A DNA stretch of 61,873 nt from the NCBI RefSeq assembly GCF_003704095.1, contig NW_020847647.1, forward strand, positions 1-61,873. The letters are read 5' to 3'. Positions 24,776-36,650 of the stretch are shown piece by piece. The notes below the pieces were generated by a model. That model was not told the origin of the DNA. It worked only from the letters and a program-made list of their open reading frames with translations, and made no database searches. This stretch comes from Pocillopora damicornis (taxonomy: Eukaryota). A program made the position numbers and the translations under genes. Each line of letters opens with the position of its first letter. The first letter of the stretch is position 1.

Positions 24776-25277
24776 GTATTTATGATTCCTTGCTGTGCGT
24801 GTAGATTTAGTGGAAAGGTTTTTTTTTTATGTTGTCAATGTTCATTGATTACTTAACGCGCTTAAATGGAACATGTTAAGTTACACAATGCAATAACAAG
24901 AGGAAAACTACAGCTATAATCCTCATCGTTTCAATATTCTTGTGTTATAAACGAAACAATTAATCAAGTAAGTGCAATGCCAGAGATCACGATGCGAGCT
25001 CAACTTTTGATGCTAACTAGCGTAAATTTCTCGGGCATTCAGTTATTTAGCAGTCTTGATTTTCTGCCTTCGTTTAGTGAAAGCATCCTCAGGATTTGGC
25101 AGCGAACCAGATTGACTCCTCTGCACTAACGACGAAAACACTCCAATCTACGGTGTTTAATTTCCTTTTATTCGATGGTGATTACTTTTTTATTGGTTTT
25201 TACTTTCAGCTTTCTTTCTGGGGGAGAATCTTTCAAAGTAGACTCAGCCTTACGCATCAAGAAAGATAACCGAAAAC

Positions 25278-26624
25278 ATGAATAATGGGTTGACATTTCG
25301 TGCTTGGTCTTTGAGTCGACAAAAATACTTGGTCTTAACTGAAGATGGTGGAAAGAAGACTCCTAAAATCAGAGCAACAGGCGATGATGAAGGAAAAGAA
25401 AGTAGGTGTAACTGTTCCTTAATTTCGTATTGGTTTTAATTGGTTACAAATTGATAAACTTTGAAATACTTTGCAGGCGGTCCGACCTTTCTGAAAGAGT
25501 GGCGGTGATGTTCACCGGCTTAGCCATGGTAAAAACTCTTACAACACAGCGGCTAGGCCAATAAATGTGTTCGAACTAAATTATCTCATAGATGACACAG
25601 GTTTTAGAACTGAATTTTTTTTTTCAGGTCAATTCACAATGGTACTGAATACCGCAATCGAAACTTTTAACGAAAATTCCGCCCACTTAGTGTTTACAGC
25701 ACAGGACGGTCAGAATTATGCTTTGATTACCGACTTAAAAAATGGAACTGTTTCGTTTACGGTCAGTATAAACACATGTAACTTTAAAGGAAACCAAGGT
25801 GAAATTAACGAATGTTTATCTAACTCCGATTTCATTAAAAGCGACTCATTAGTGTGAGAGATCGGTTAAGTGCGTGTGCGGGCCTGAAAGAAATTAAACT
25901 AGTTACAAAAAGGGCGCCGCTTCAAGTACACTTACGAAGATACTTTGAATTTCAATGCACTGTATTAAGTTCAGATCGCAAGTCTAATGAAGATAATCTT
26001 GTAGTGTTTATGAAAATAAGATAAATATCGAATTTGGTACAAAACATAAAGTTTCGAAGCTTGGTAATGATTTTGATAAAACGAATTTGCAAACTTTCGT
26101 ATCCTCTATCGTTTTGCATTTTTCGTAACTTTGTACAGGGGCCTTTTTTTGAAACAGAAATCAAGAAGAAACAACTATTTCTGTATTGGTTAAGAATAGA
26201 AAACTGAGTAGAGAAGCTGCATTGATCTTTTACGGAAACTTGCCAAATTAAACAAACTTTTCCGTGAAAGAGAAACTTCTGTTCAAACCAGATAGCACTT
26301 TTAGTTCACTGAGGTGGTTCTTTTACATATTTAAGGTGTTCCACTTCAGCCTCAAAGCATTCTGTAAAAAAACTTCTCTAAAAAACTATGATTTTTTTTA
26401 AAATTAAAAATGTTCTTTCCTTCACACAGAAGTACGAAAAATCTTCAGAACATATTGGAGCCTTCGTTAAGGAGTCATTGGGTGAGCAAGGACCAACCTA
26501 TGCTCTTAGGGTTGCACAGAGTCAGAGTTGCATTGCTGCCAACAAAGATGGCTTTCTGTCGCTGAGACCATTTGAGCGAATTTATCCTCATCCAGACACC
26601 ATTTTTGTTCTATCTAAAGTTTAA
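25278..26624 (+). CDS. Leaderless divergent FGF-like (beta-trefoil) protein, 150 aa, 3 coding exons
   Basis: Exons 25278-25401 (MNNGLTFRAWSLSRQKYLVLTEDGG..IRATGDDEGKE, phase 1), 25628-25761 (SQFTMV..HLVFTAQDGQNYALITDLKNGTVSFT, phase 0) and 26430-26624 (..AFVKE..TYALR..CIAANKDG..DTIFVL*). Size, intron phases 1/0 and the FxxE..Y..IAxNKDG..F-hydrophobic pattern match the FGF core. No signal peptide. AATAAA at 26781 and 26875. Confidence 0.75.
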
Positions 26625-26689
26625 ACAGATAAAGCAATGGTTAGGTCGAAACTGAGTTGATGCCATTCGTAATAAGACAATAGGGACGC

Positions 26690-26762
26690 TTTTTGGCTTT
26701 CAATGTTTTTGGCATTCAGTGTTTTTGGCTTTAGTGCTTTTGGCTTTCAGTGTTTTTGGCAC
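26690..26762. repeat. Short tandem repeat (tttttggc[a/t]ttcagtg)-like, about 5 copies, in 3'UTR
   Basis: Directly visible units of about 15 bp. Confidence 0.8.
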
Positions 26763-27114
26763 TAAAAAGAATCTCATCTCAATAAATGATAGGGAACTTG
26801 TTGTATTCTTTCTAGAAACCATTACTCTCTTTGTGTCCTCTATGAGGCAGTATAAGTAACTGTTTGTAACAGCAAATAAAAGACTGAAATGAAATGTCTA
26901 AATGGATGTTTATGGGTAATAATTTATATTGTATCTCTTGAACAGGATTCAGTATCGCCTGACTGCGAAGACAACTAGTGTAACCTCACTAGAACATTTA
27001 AGCTTCAGCCTTCGCTTTAGTGAGCTTTGACCAATCAACAACACTTTCTTTTTTCGAATTAGAAAATAGAGTTAAATCATATTAATTTTTTAGTAAATGG
27101 TTTGAACCCGACCA

Positions 27115-27350
27115 GAAGTTGATCGTGTTGTCGGATCATCTAGGTGAGAGTAGTCATACAGAGGACAGTTATCGGTAGTACTGCATGGTAAGGACTCGCG
27201 TTTCGACAACTGTTACGGAGGGCATTACGAGGGTCACTCTGATTATGACCTAAACTCAGGTATTCATTAAAAAAGTCAGTCACTTCTACCGAAAATAGTC
27301 TTTTTCAGGACTACTCTCAATGAACCCAAACGATCAGACTACGCGATCAA
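27115..27350. mobile_element. Degenerate palindromic Penelope-derived repeat with decayed hammerhead halves
   Basis: Inverted termini (gatcgtgttgtcggatcatctaggtgagagtagtc / gactactctcaatgaacccaaacgatcagactacgcgatc), with internal cgtttcgac and ctctgattatgac remnants. Related sequence occurs at 59080-59200. Confidence 0.5.
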
Positions 27351-28389
27351 TTATGTGTCATTTGGTGTAGGATGCAATAGGTCGCTAAAAACGCTTTGGT
27401 CTGACTTTTTAACAACTGCGTCCTAAACTATCCTCAACTTAGCTGAAACTTTTATCTGAACATTTATTTTTGTAAAAAGTGTCAAGATTGCCGAAAGCTA
27501 GTGGTGGAAGGACATTTATTTAATTAAATCAACCCTCTTGTAAAGAAAATTTGAGGCCCACTGATTACGTAAAACTGTGGTAACAGATAGACCTCGTGTA
27601 AATGACCACACACTGGGTTTATTTTCAAATTTAAAAGGACTGTCTTTTTCTTACTTTGCCTTTTTGTCGTTGTTTCAGTCAACCGATTCATAAGTATTTC
27701 AGTTAAAAACTATTCAAAAAGTGGCCCAGACGATGACAAACAAACATGCCACATGGATCATAGCTATTAGGTCTTTTTTATTTTAGTTTTCCAGGGAAGA
27801 AATTAAAAAAAAAACTTACATCGCTTTCGGCACAGCTCAAATTAAATTCTGTGTTCGAATTGGATTGTATCCTCCAAGGAACATCCCCTTTACACCAGAA
27901 GGCATTTAGCGAGCCCAAGGGCCTTACCTAAGCTTTGCATTAAGGTAGGCGTCCTAATAAAAAAGGTGTTTCGTTATGACCTCTAATATCCAGTTTCGTC
28001 ATTGAAGGCTGCTCTATTCGTTCATATTTTATCTATATGACGTGTGGATAAACCACATTTGTATAGGTAATGACATGATCTCGAGTGCAATTTGGAATAA
28101 ATAAGCACGAATAATTTTTTTTAAAGACTAACATAAATTTTCTGAAGCAATATGAAATCACTTTCTGATTATACCTTAATACTTATATCTTTCTTAAACA
28201 ACGATAAAAAATAAAGGCTTGTTGTAAGAGACTTCAATGCGTTAAAGCTCACGTCTATCGCTATTAACTTTCTTTCCCCTGTTTGACGCCAATTACTTTG
28301 CCACCTGCACAATTCAATTGAGGAAACAGCTCCTCAGGCATGTTTATCACCTTTTATGATAGGTGACACTTTCGTTACCAAGACAACAT

Positions 28390-31300
28390 ATGCCGAAGCT
28401 GAACAGTAGGTGTCAAGCACTTCACAGCAGTTTGGAAGCCAGCAAAGAAAAATTTTTTGAAATGGCTGAAGCAAAATCGGTTCGCTTTTCTCCCATAATA
28501 GAGGAAACTATAGACGATATATCTACCGCAAGCTCTAACATGGACTTTTTCCCCAGCGGAATGAATTTCGAAGATGCCTATATTGCCAGCTTGTCAAAAA
28601 GCGCCAAAAAATATCACCTGCCAAATGAAAACGAACAAAGGCTACTACAAAGGCGCAAAAAGGGTCTTCTGGCACTCGGTTTCGTTCTTCTTCTTGGGAT
28701 TACTGGAGCTGGAATTTATTTGGTTACAAGAGAACTGTCTAACCAGGAACCATACTATTACAGTGGAGCAGCAGTGAGAGGAAGCAAACCTGAATTTGTA
28801 ACAAAGAATATGACGTTGCATTTCTTATCCTACTCAGCTACAATTTTGAGCTCCTCTATCACCAAAAAGCCTTCGCTTGGTAAGTTCACCCTTGACTCTT
28901 TTTTGCCACTTTTTACAATTGCGTATCACCCATGGTCAGTATGGTTTATACACTCAAGTTGTCCATTGAAGTCTTATTTTATGCGCCCAAAATTGAAACT
29001 GAAGGAGAGATATTACGATGTAGAAAATAAAGCAAAGGTTAGTACTAAGACAAGAAAGGTTCATTGAAAATGTGTAAACAACGAATAAAAGGATATTCTT
29101 TGTCTCAATGAGTAAAGTTGATATTCTAGAAATATCTAAAGACGCCTGAAACCTTATTTTATAGCTCTTTTTCGAGCGATTTTAATTGGTACACGATTCG
29201 TGTGTAGATTGAAGAGTAAGGAACAACATAAAATGTATATAGAACCTCGAATAGATAGAATATGTAGTAACAGCATAGGATGGCCATCATTTCGTGCAGG
29301 TGTTTATTGAACAAGGGCTGATAAGCGATTGGTAAGAATTCTCGATACAGAACTTCAAGATTGGTGTAAACCTCGTTTTGAAATGCGCCTGTCCCAGGTA
29401 TAAGTTTTGTTTTCCTTTTAATTTTCACTAAATAAGGTACGTGACAATTTTCCTCTTCCAAAATGGGTTAATTTGGATAACGGATAAATTTCCATTCTTG
29501 TGGTTCTATCAATGATGGCCACCTGCCGTTAGTAACTAATGGACACTTTATAGCTTTAACGCCTTCTAAAGTAGGACATATAACTAACGGTTTCAATAAT
29601 AAAAGCAAATTTTTGAGAATTAACCAGACTTCAGTTATCACGGAGAGCCGACTTTTACGGCGGGCGAATTGAAACCATGCAGTGCTTGGTTTGGTCACTC
29701 TAATTTGATATGAATTGTACCCCTATGCTTTTGCACTCGAAAAGAGAGCAGACTTCATAGGCTTTAGTGTGAAATAATTTACACTGAAAACGGTCTGATG
29801 AAGCAGCGTCAGTCCTCAAAAATCCGGCTGAACGAGGTCAATAACGAAGTTTTAGATTCCGACATAATTCACAAAACTCAATTAAAAAAACTCTATTATC
29901 ATAAATTTTGAAACTCTTCACAATAGGCATGGAAATACTGAGCTTAAGTCCATTTCTAACACTAGTAATTTAATGAAAATTTAACTACTCGATGAAATTA
30001 TTATCTTATGATTAATTGAAAATTCAATTTTTAATTTAATTTTTATACAGAGTACGGCAAGACCCAGGCTTCAGTGCCCTCGGTTAAGGCATCAAGCATT
30101 TTACGATCTAAGCCAAGAGGTCCCATAACCGGAATGCTTACACCAACGACCATCACTGATTCATCAAGCCTGAAGAAGATCACTGAAACAAATCGGTGGA
30201 ATACATCATCTTTTTTGACACCAAGCTTTGCATTTGTAATAGAAAGATCTTCGTACTTCGTTATGTCACAGGACTCCGTTAGATTGATCATCAGAGCAAA
30301 GACCATAACGTCACCTTTCGTCACACAGGGAAGCTCTTGGAAAGATTACAACACGAGAAAAAGTATTCCATCTGCTTGGGCAAACTCGAAGATAATCTTT
30401 CTTACATCAACTGGGTCATCTGTAGGTGTCAATCGGTCTTCATTACCTGACATCAGAACTAGTTCCTCTTTTGGCCGTAAGGCCGGCAGTGTGGCTTTAT
30501 CAATTACGCCATATTCACCCCTACGAAATTCAACTTTGGTTAAAGAATCGCAGCGATCGTCCTATTCCAGGTTTACCTTTCCTTGGTATTCGTCTCAAAC
30601 TGTAAATTCATCAGATATTGCAACCTTCAAATCAGTCTCTAATACCAAATTTGCGTCCAATGATTTTCAACCAGCAACTGAGAAAGGCGAGTTATCAGCA
30701 TCCATCCATTCAAGACTCACCTCTCATCCACCTGAGTCTTTTAGCGAATCGAGAAACCCCACAGAAGTTGCTATAGGTGGAATGTTATTGGAAACCACTC
30801 TAGAGTTACCCAACACGAAAATCAAAGTATTTTCTTATCCAACCAGCTCTCGTATCATAAACTCTCCTGGTGAAGACCGACCAATAACCATTCTAAATCA
30901 ACTACAGACGTCCTATTCAAGGAACTCTACAGCTCTGACAAATGATACAAGAGAAACTTTTACATTGTCAAGCTCTAACCCTTCCTCATCTCTTGTTCAC
31001 ACAATGCACTCTAACCACCATAAAACTTCATCAAAGATGCACGGGCCTATTTCTTCAGAAGTGTCTCAAGATACTGATGTACTCCTATCGTATACTTCAA
31101 TTCATCCCGTGGCTAGTGGTTCTGTTTTTCAGGAGCAATCTTCACAAATGATTTTTAAAGGAAGTATTCAGAAAACAATGTTTCCATCTTCAAGTTTCAT
31201 TGGTATTCACACTGTATCAAAATCACCTCGAGAAATTAAGAAAAATTCAAGGCCTTCGTCAACAATTTTTCCCCGAGAAAGTGACTTGCTTTCTTTACAG

Positions 31301-33902
31301 GCTACCTCAGAATCTTGCTTTCACTCTGTCTCGTGGGATAAAAGCCACAATATACATGCAGGCCATAATTCTGAAAGATCGACGGTTGTAAAGATTTTGT
31401 CTCTAAAAAGCAATGGTGCACTTCCCAGTGTTTTGCAGCCAAGCCCATCACACGGAAACAAAACCTTGTTTGACACTACTTTGACTTTGTCGCTGATGAC
31501 GAAAATCTCTAGCAGTAGATTTTCAGCATCGCAACCATTGTCCAGTTATTTTCATTTTGCGGCAGTTAAACCAGTCTTACCCTACGCTTCGTCTTCGATG
31601 AATATGCACCACGGCATTACTTCCACTGTTGTCTTTAAGAAAACCATTATAAACCACGTTTCATCTCGGAGTGTGGATAGAAAAAGCTTCAACTTCTCGT
31701 CAACTCATGGACGTATTTCAGCTTCCATGGACGTGAATTCCAGACATATCGGGAACATTGGGTTTTCAATCATCCCTGTCCGCTCAATATCGCTGACTTC
31801 AGAGGCAAACTCCCCAGAGAGTGGTTCAACGCCAAACCTTTTTATAGGTACGACTTTAAGTGTGTCCATGCAGACCTCGACCAAGGGCACTAGCGACAAA
31901 CCAGTCAGATTAAAAAGTGCGAGTACCTCTGCCGTGCCAGTTTCAGCTTCCAATCCGTCCGTTACATCTTCGAAAGACATTTGGCATTTTTCACGATCAC
32001 TACCGACTGGTGAAAAAGATGAAAGTTTGACAAGTTCAAGAGCAGAGGAAAGTAAACTTGTACTCTCAACTATGATGTCCTCTGATAGACACTTGAAAAT
32101 GAATGTACCATTTGAAAAATCTCAGTCCAGGACGCCTAACACACCTGTAACAAGATTCTCCACGACCAAAACATCAACAGCGGCACACTCTCTAATTACC
32201 GCACTGTCTTCGTCTGAAATGTCGATTTGGTCAACTCTAAGGAAAACTTCAAGAGGAGCAGCTTGGCAAGGAAAGAATAGTTGGGATTTCAGAGTTAACG
32301 TTCGTACCTCCACATTTGAACACGAGAGCTGGAAGTCCAGCACTGGCTCATTTCGAACCATAGCTCTGACTGCTTATGTCTTTCCACCCCTTAAGACAAT
32401 TGCAAGCTCACCTAGCAAAGATTCAAGTAACAAGGCGACAATTTGGAAAGTTACAAATTCTACTATCAGCACAGGTCTATCCTCAATGCACTCAACGGCA
32501 CTGTCCCTTAACCTGTCCACAACAATTAGCATTAATGTCACAAGCAGGTCAACGAGCGAGACACCCTGGAACATATCTGTCTCGATGCAGTCGCTAAATG
32601 CCACAGCGCATGTGACCTCAAAATTTCCATCAAATGTGAACTACACTCCTACTTCGCACCTCAGATGGGTACATCAGATTACGGATCAGTATCCTCATAG
32701 CTCGGTGAAGCCCACTACCACTGCAAGTTGGAATTCTTCAAATCAGTTCGAAATTATGAACGGGTCTTTAGTAATAAAGAATAGAGATTTTCATGTAAAT
32801 CTGTCAAATCCAAACTCCACAATGTTCAAAGTCCTTGCTGATAAAGTCGAGTTTATAATCGAGGACATAATTTCCGTGGATGCGAAAGTGACGTCCTTTG
32901 AGGAAGGAAGTGTCATTGCTCTGTTTTACCTTAAAGTGCCACATGATGCACTGCACAAAGATTCAGATTACCTTGAATTACTGAGAGCTGCTAATGAAAC
33001 ATTATGGCAAGGTCTTGTAGTAGTGAACATCACTGTTACATTACGAGTTTACAGGGAACGTGCTGAATCACAGGATACTGCAACTAGACACTTTAAAAGG
33101 TTATCAAATGCTGCTTTCATTGCAATATTTACAGTCTTCTTTGTTTTGCTGATAGCTGTTGGAGGGTTTGGACTTTACATTTGTAAAAAGAAAGGATACT
33201 GCGAGAGATCAACAGTTAAGCCTGCTGAGTGAGTATAAGGACGTTGATATATGAATATGTACACCTACTACTAAATTTGCCGCTTGCTTCTTGTCGCGTC
33301 TAATTATCTTGTCATCCGTGCTTGTATTTTTGTTTCTTGCTTCTATGTTTATGAATCTGTTTTTCATCCAGCCAATCCTACATATTAAGTCTCGTAACGA
33401 ATTTTCACCATAAATTAGCCGTAGCACTTTCTTCATTTTACAGCGTTTGTTATCACTAAAGAAAAAAGGAGAGAAATGAAGACAAAGCAATTGAATTTTT
33501 CTTTTTCCATCTTTCAGCTCTTCAATTCCACCCTCTGAGCCTCAAAATATTCAACCTGTTCGTCGTGATACTTGGGTTATGAGTGATGAAATTTTTAAGG
33601 ATCACGACCAAAGAAGTGACGAGACGTTAAGTATGAGAGTCCTGGAGAGAAAAGACACAAACAAAGAGGGAGGTTGTAATCCTGATCTGTTAAGAAAATA
33701 TGCTAGGAGCCCATTTGAACCAAATTATTCCAGTGGTGAAGTAGGTAACTTTACAACTCGAAACACCTTTCGTTCGACATCACGATGCACGTCAAGCTCG
33801 CATCTTGAATTAGACGACTCTGATCGTCCAGTTAGTGGTTCATCAAGAGATACCTATTTGAATAGCGCCAGGCAATCTTCACATTCCGAAGACGAGTGTT
33901 AA
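28390..33902 (+). CDS. Mucin-like SEA-domain membrane protein with two transmembrane segments (3 coding exons, about 1350 aa)
   Basis: Exons 28390-28879 (cytosolic N-terminus, RRKK then hydrophobic LLALGFVLLLGITGAGIYLV; phase 1), 30051-33228 (about 900 aa Ser/Thr-rich, SEA domain with LSNPNS and FEEGSVIA, second TM AFIAIFTVFFVLLIAVGGFGLYI-CKKK; phase 2) and 33518-33902 (cytoplasmic tail). Total 4053 nt in frame. Confidence 0.85.
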
Positions 33903-36650
33903 AACGTTACCCGCTGAAAATGACCAAAAGAGCTCTTAGTGTTCAACAAAAGAATCGACAGAAAGAGAACGCTTTTCAACTGGTTATATTACCTAACTAG
34001 CTTGTAACAATTTAGCTTACTTCTACCCACGCTCATACAGATTCCTTGAAACTGTTCATAGTTTTTTTTTTATAATTAAATAACTCCTACTTAATTTTTT
34101 CATGATGAAGTTATAATCCGGGCTTATGGGCAAATTTAGTCGCGCTTATTATACGTATGATACTTAACTTTACAGCGGGTTTGATAAGACCCTTCACAAT
34201 GTGTGCATCTATGGTGATGCTCAGGCCTAAACTTAGCTATAAACATAACGTTCACATAAGCTTGCCTCTAACAAATTCAACTGTTAGCCTTATCCGTTCA
34301 TCTTAATATTCAATCGGCCTTGTAATTTTAAGTGTATGATACGACAAGCTATGGCATTGAATAAGGAGCTAGAGACCATGCTTCATGTTCGAAACACTCA
34401 TTTTTTCAGAACCTTGACGGAACTGATTTCACCAAATTCGAGTTAGTCTACTTAATTTAGCAAACAACCCTTAGCTGTACTCTTTGCAACGAGCTGAATG
34501 CTGCATGGTCGTTGCGAGGACCCGTCATACGGAAAGTGATTGCCGCTTTACTTTGCTCAACATGGCGTGCATTTTTGAAAAAAAGTTTGCCAAATTTCTC
34601 TACATCAAGCAAGTACCTGTGGCGGAATATCTATGTGAAGAGTTACAAACGAGGCGCAAAAAGAAGTGACTCGATTTTTATACCATTTTTTACACACTAA
34701 TCCCAATGATTTATCAGAACTCGAGAAACTTAATACTTTCGAAAGCACGAAAGAGTTGCCGGTTATTTAAAAGAATGCATAAATTATAATTTCAATGTTC
34801 TGTCGCTATGGCTGTGTACCAATTTGCAGAATTGCTTTATGGAACACACTACCTGGGAGAAAATATTTCGCTGGCGTAAGGATAAGAAAATGTTCAAAGA
34901 TAAGAGAGACCGAGCTAAATTGCGATTGAAACTACAATGAAAAAAAAAGGAAAAATATGTGTTCTTGCCTTTCTTCATTGACTAATTAACAGTCAGCCCA
35001 AGTTAGCTTTTCAGCAAATGTAATGCGACTACTTTAACCGCCTATTTTTCGTGAACGGTTTTATGTCTACGACAAATTATGAAATGTAAAGTTTTCCTCG
35101 GTACTTCAGTTTGTTTAACTGATCCCTGTCGCACATGTCATTAATTTGTCGATGTAAATTGTGCTCTTCGAATCTGACGGTGAATTTGCCAACTAACAAA
35201 AGCTAACCATTTTTTATGCACGGCTCGAAGTCATTCTTGAAATACCATTTTTTGCGAATGACTGTTCCCTGTTATCGCATTTTGACAATCACGCTTGTAA
35301 CATGAGTACTTTCTTTCTTTACCTCGGGCATATAAACTGACACAGGTTGATTTGTGCGCAATCATTCTTATGTTTCTCCGACACATTGTTATGATACAGG
35401 TGACGTATTGTCTAAACTAATCTACAGAGAAGTGAAAAAATAAACTTGAAAAAACTTATGTTAAAATGGGAAGGATTAGTTACTCCAAAGGCTTCCAGAT
35501 GAAGGGCTTATTGGATAAAAAGGGGTTTTTTAACAACTCATGAAGAACCAAGACAGTCCTGAGCTTTAAGCTAATTATCACCCAATTGTCACCTCTTACT
35601 CCTTCTTGCAACGGAAAATTTCAAGGTTCATTCGTACGGCGCTGTCTCCCTTATTTAAGAAGTACAGCTGACCGTGACAAAGGTGTTTCTTAAAAGTTCT
35701 GCACAAATTTATTTCATTTTGATGGCGCTAAAAAATAGTCATGCAATAATCAAACACTGATCTCTTTACAGAGAGGACTGAGATCATGCAGTATTGGATT
35801 ATCGCATGATTACATTGTAGCCTTTACAATGGGGTCGTCTTATCTAAACTTTATTGAAACATATTACCTTTTCTGATCACGTCTTTTCACGATAAACTTG
35901 ACCACTATACACTTTTATCGACCTTAAAATCACGCTGTTTACATTGCTATGATTAGATGATGACAGTAACAATTCCATTCAATGAACTCCTCGACGGAGC
36001 AGACATGACTAGAAATACTGGATCTGAAATATTATTGGATTTCTGCGAACAAAATAGTGTTTTCATCGTCAATCGTTAAGCAATGTTCGCATTCGTATGT
36101 CTGTGGCGGCTTATTTTGTCACATAAAGAAGACAATGGAAGTGTTTAAAACTTGCGTTGCTTGGTGACTGAAATTTAATTTGTACTCACACTCTAAAAGC
36201 CACTCTAAAGTGGAAATTAAAGCAGCTCTCGATATTGTCAGGTTACAAGATATAATAATTTCCTCTAGTCATGTCCTAATTTCTTGAATTGTGTAGCGTT
36301 TTCTTAAATCCCCCGCTTGTTTGGACTATAATAATAATCTCATTAGCGAATTAGATTTTAGATAAAAACCCGTTTACCAGCGTCTCAATGGCCTCAATGG
36401 TGTTGGTCTCAGAGGAATAAATTATGCTAATCAAATATTGATTAACATCAGAGATCAAATTAAGGACAAGGTTGCTATGAGGACCGTTTCTATGGGCTCG
36501 AAATGCAACTCACGAAGCGTGATGCCATGTTTAATGTGTTTAAAGAGTACGATTCTTTCCAGATTTGTTCCTTGATCAAAAACGTTTCCTGATGAAACGC
36601 TACTTCGACTTAGATAGAAATTGTGGCTCACATCGCAGCCAACGGAATAC

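Noticed and set aside
29794-29840. CTGATGA box suggestive of another hammerhead
   Set aside because: No properly placed GAAA box or stem II.
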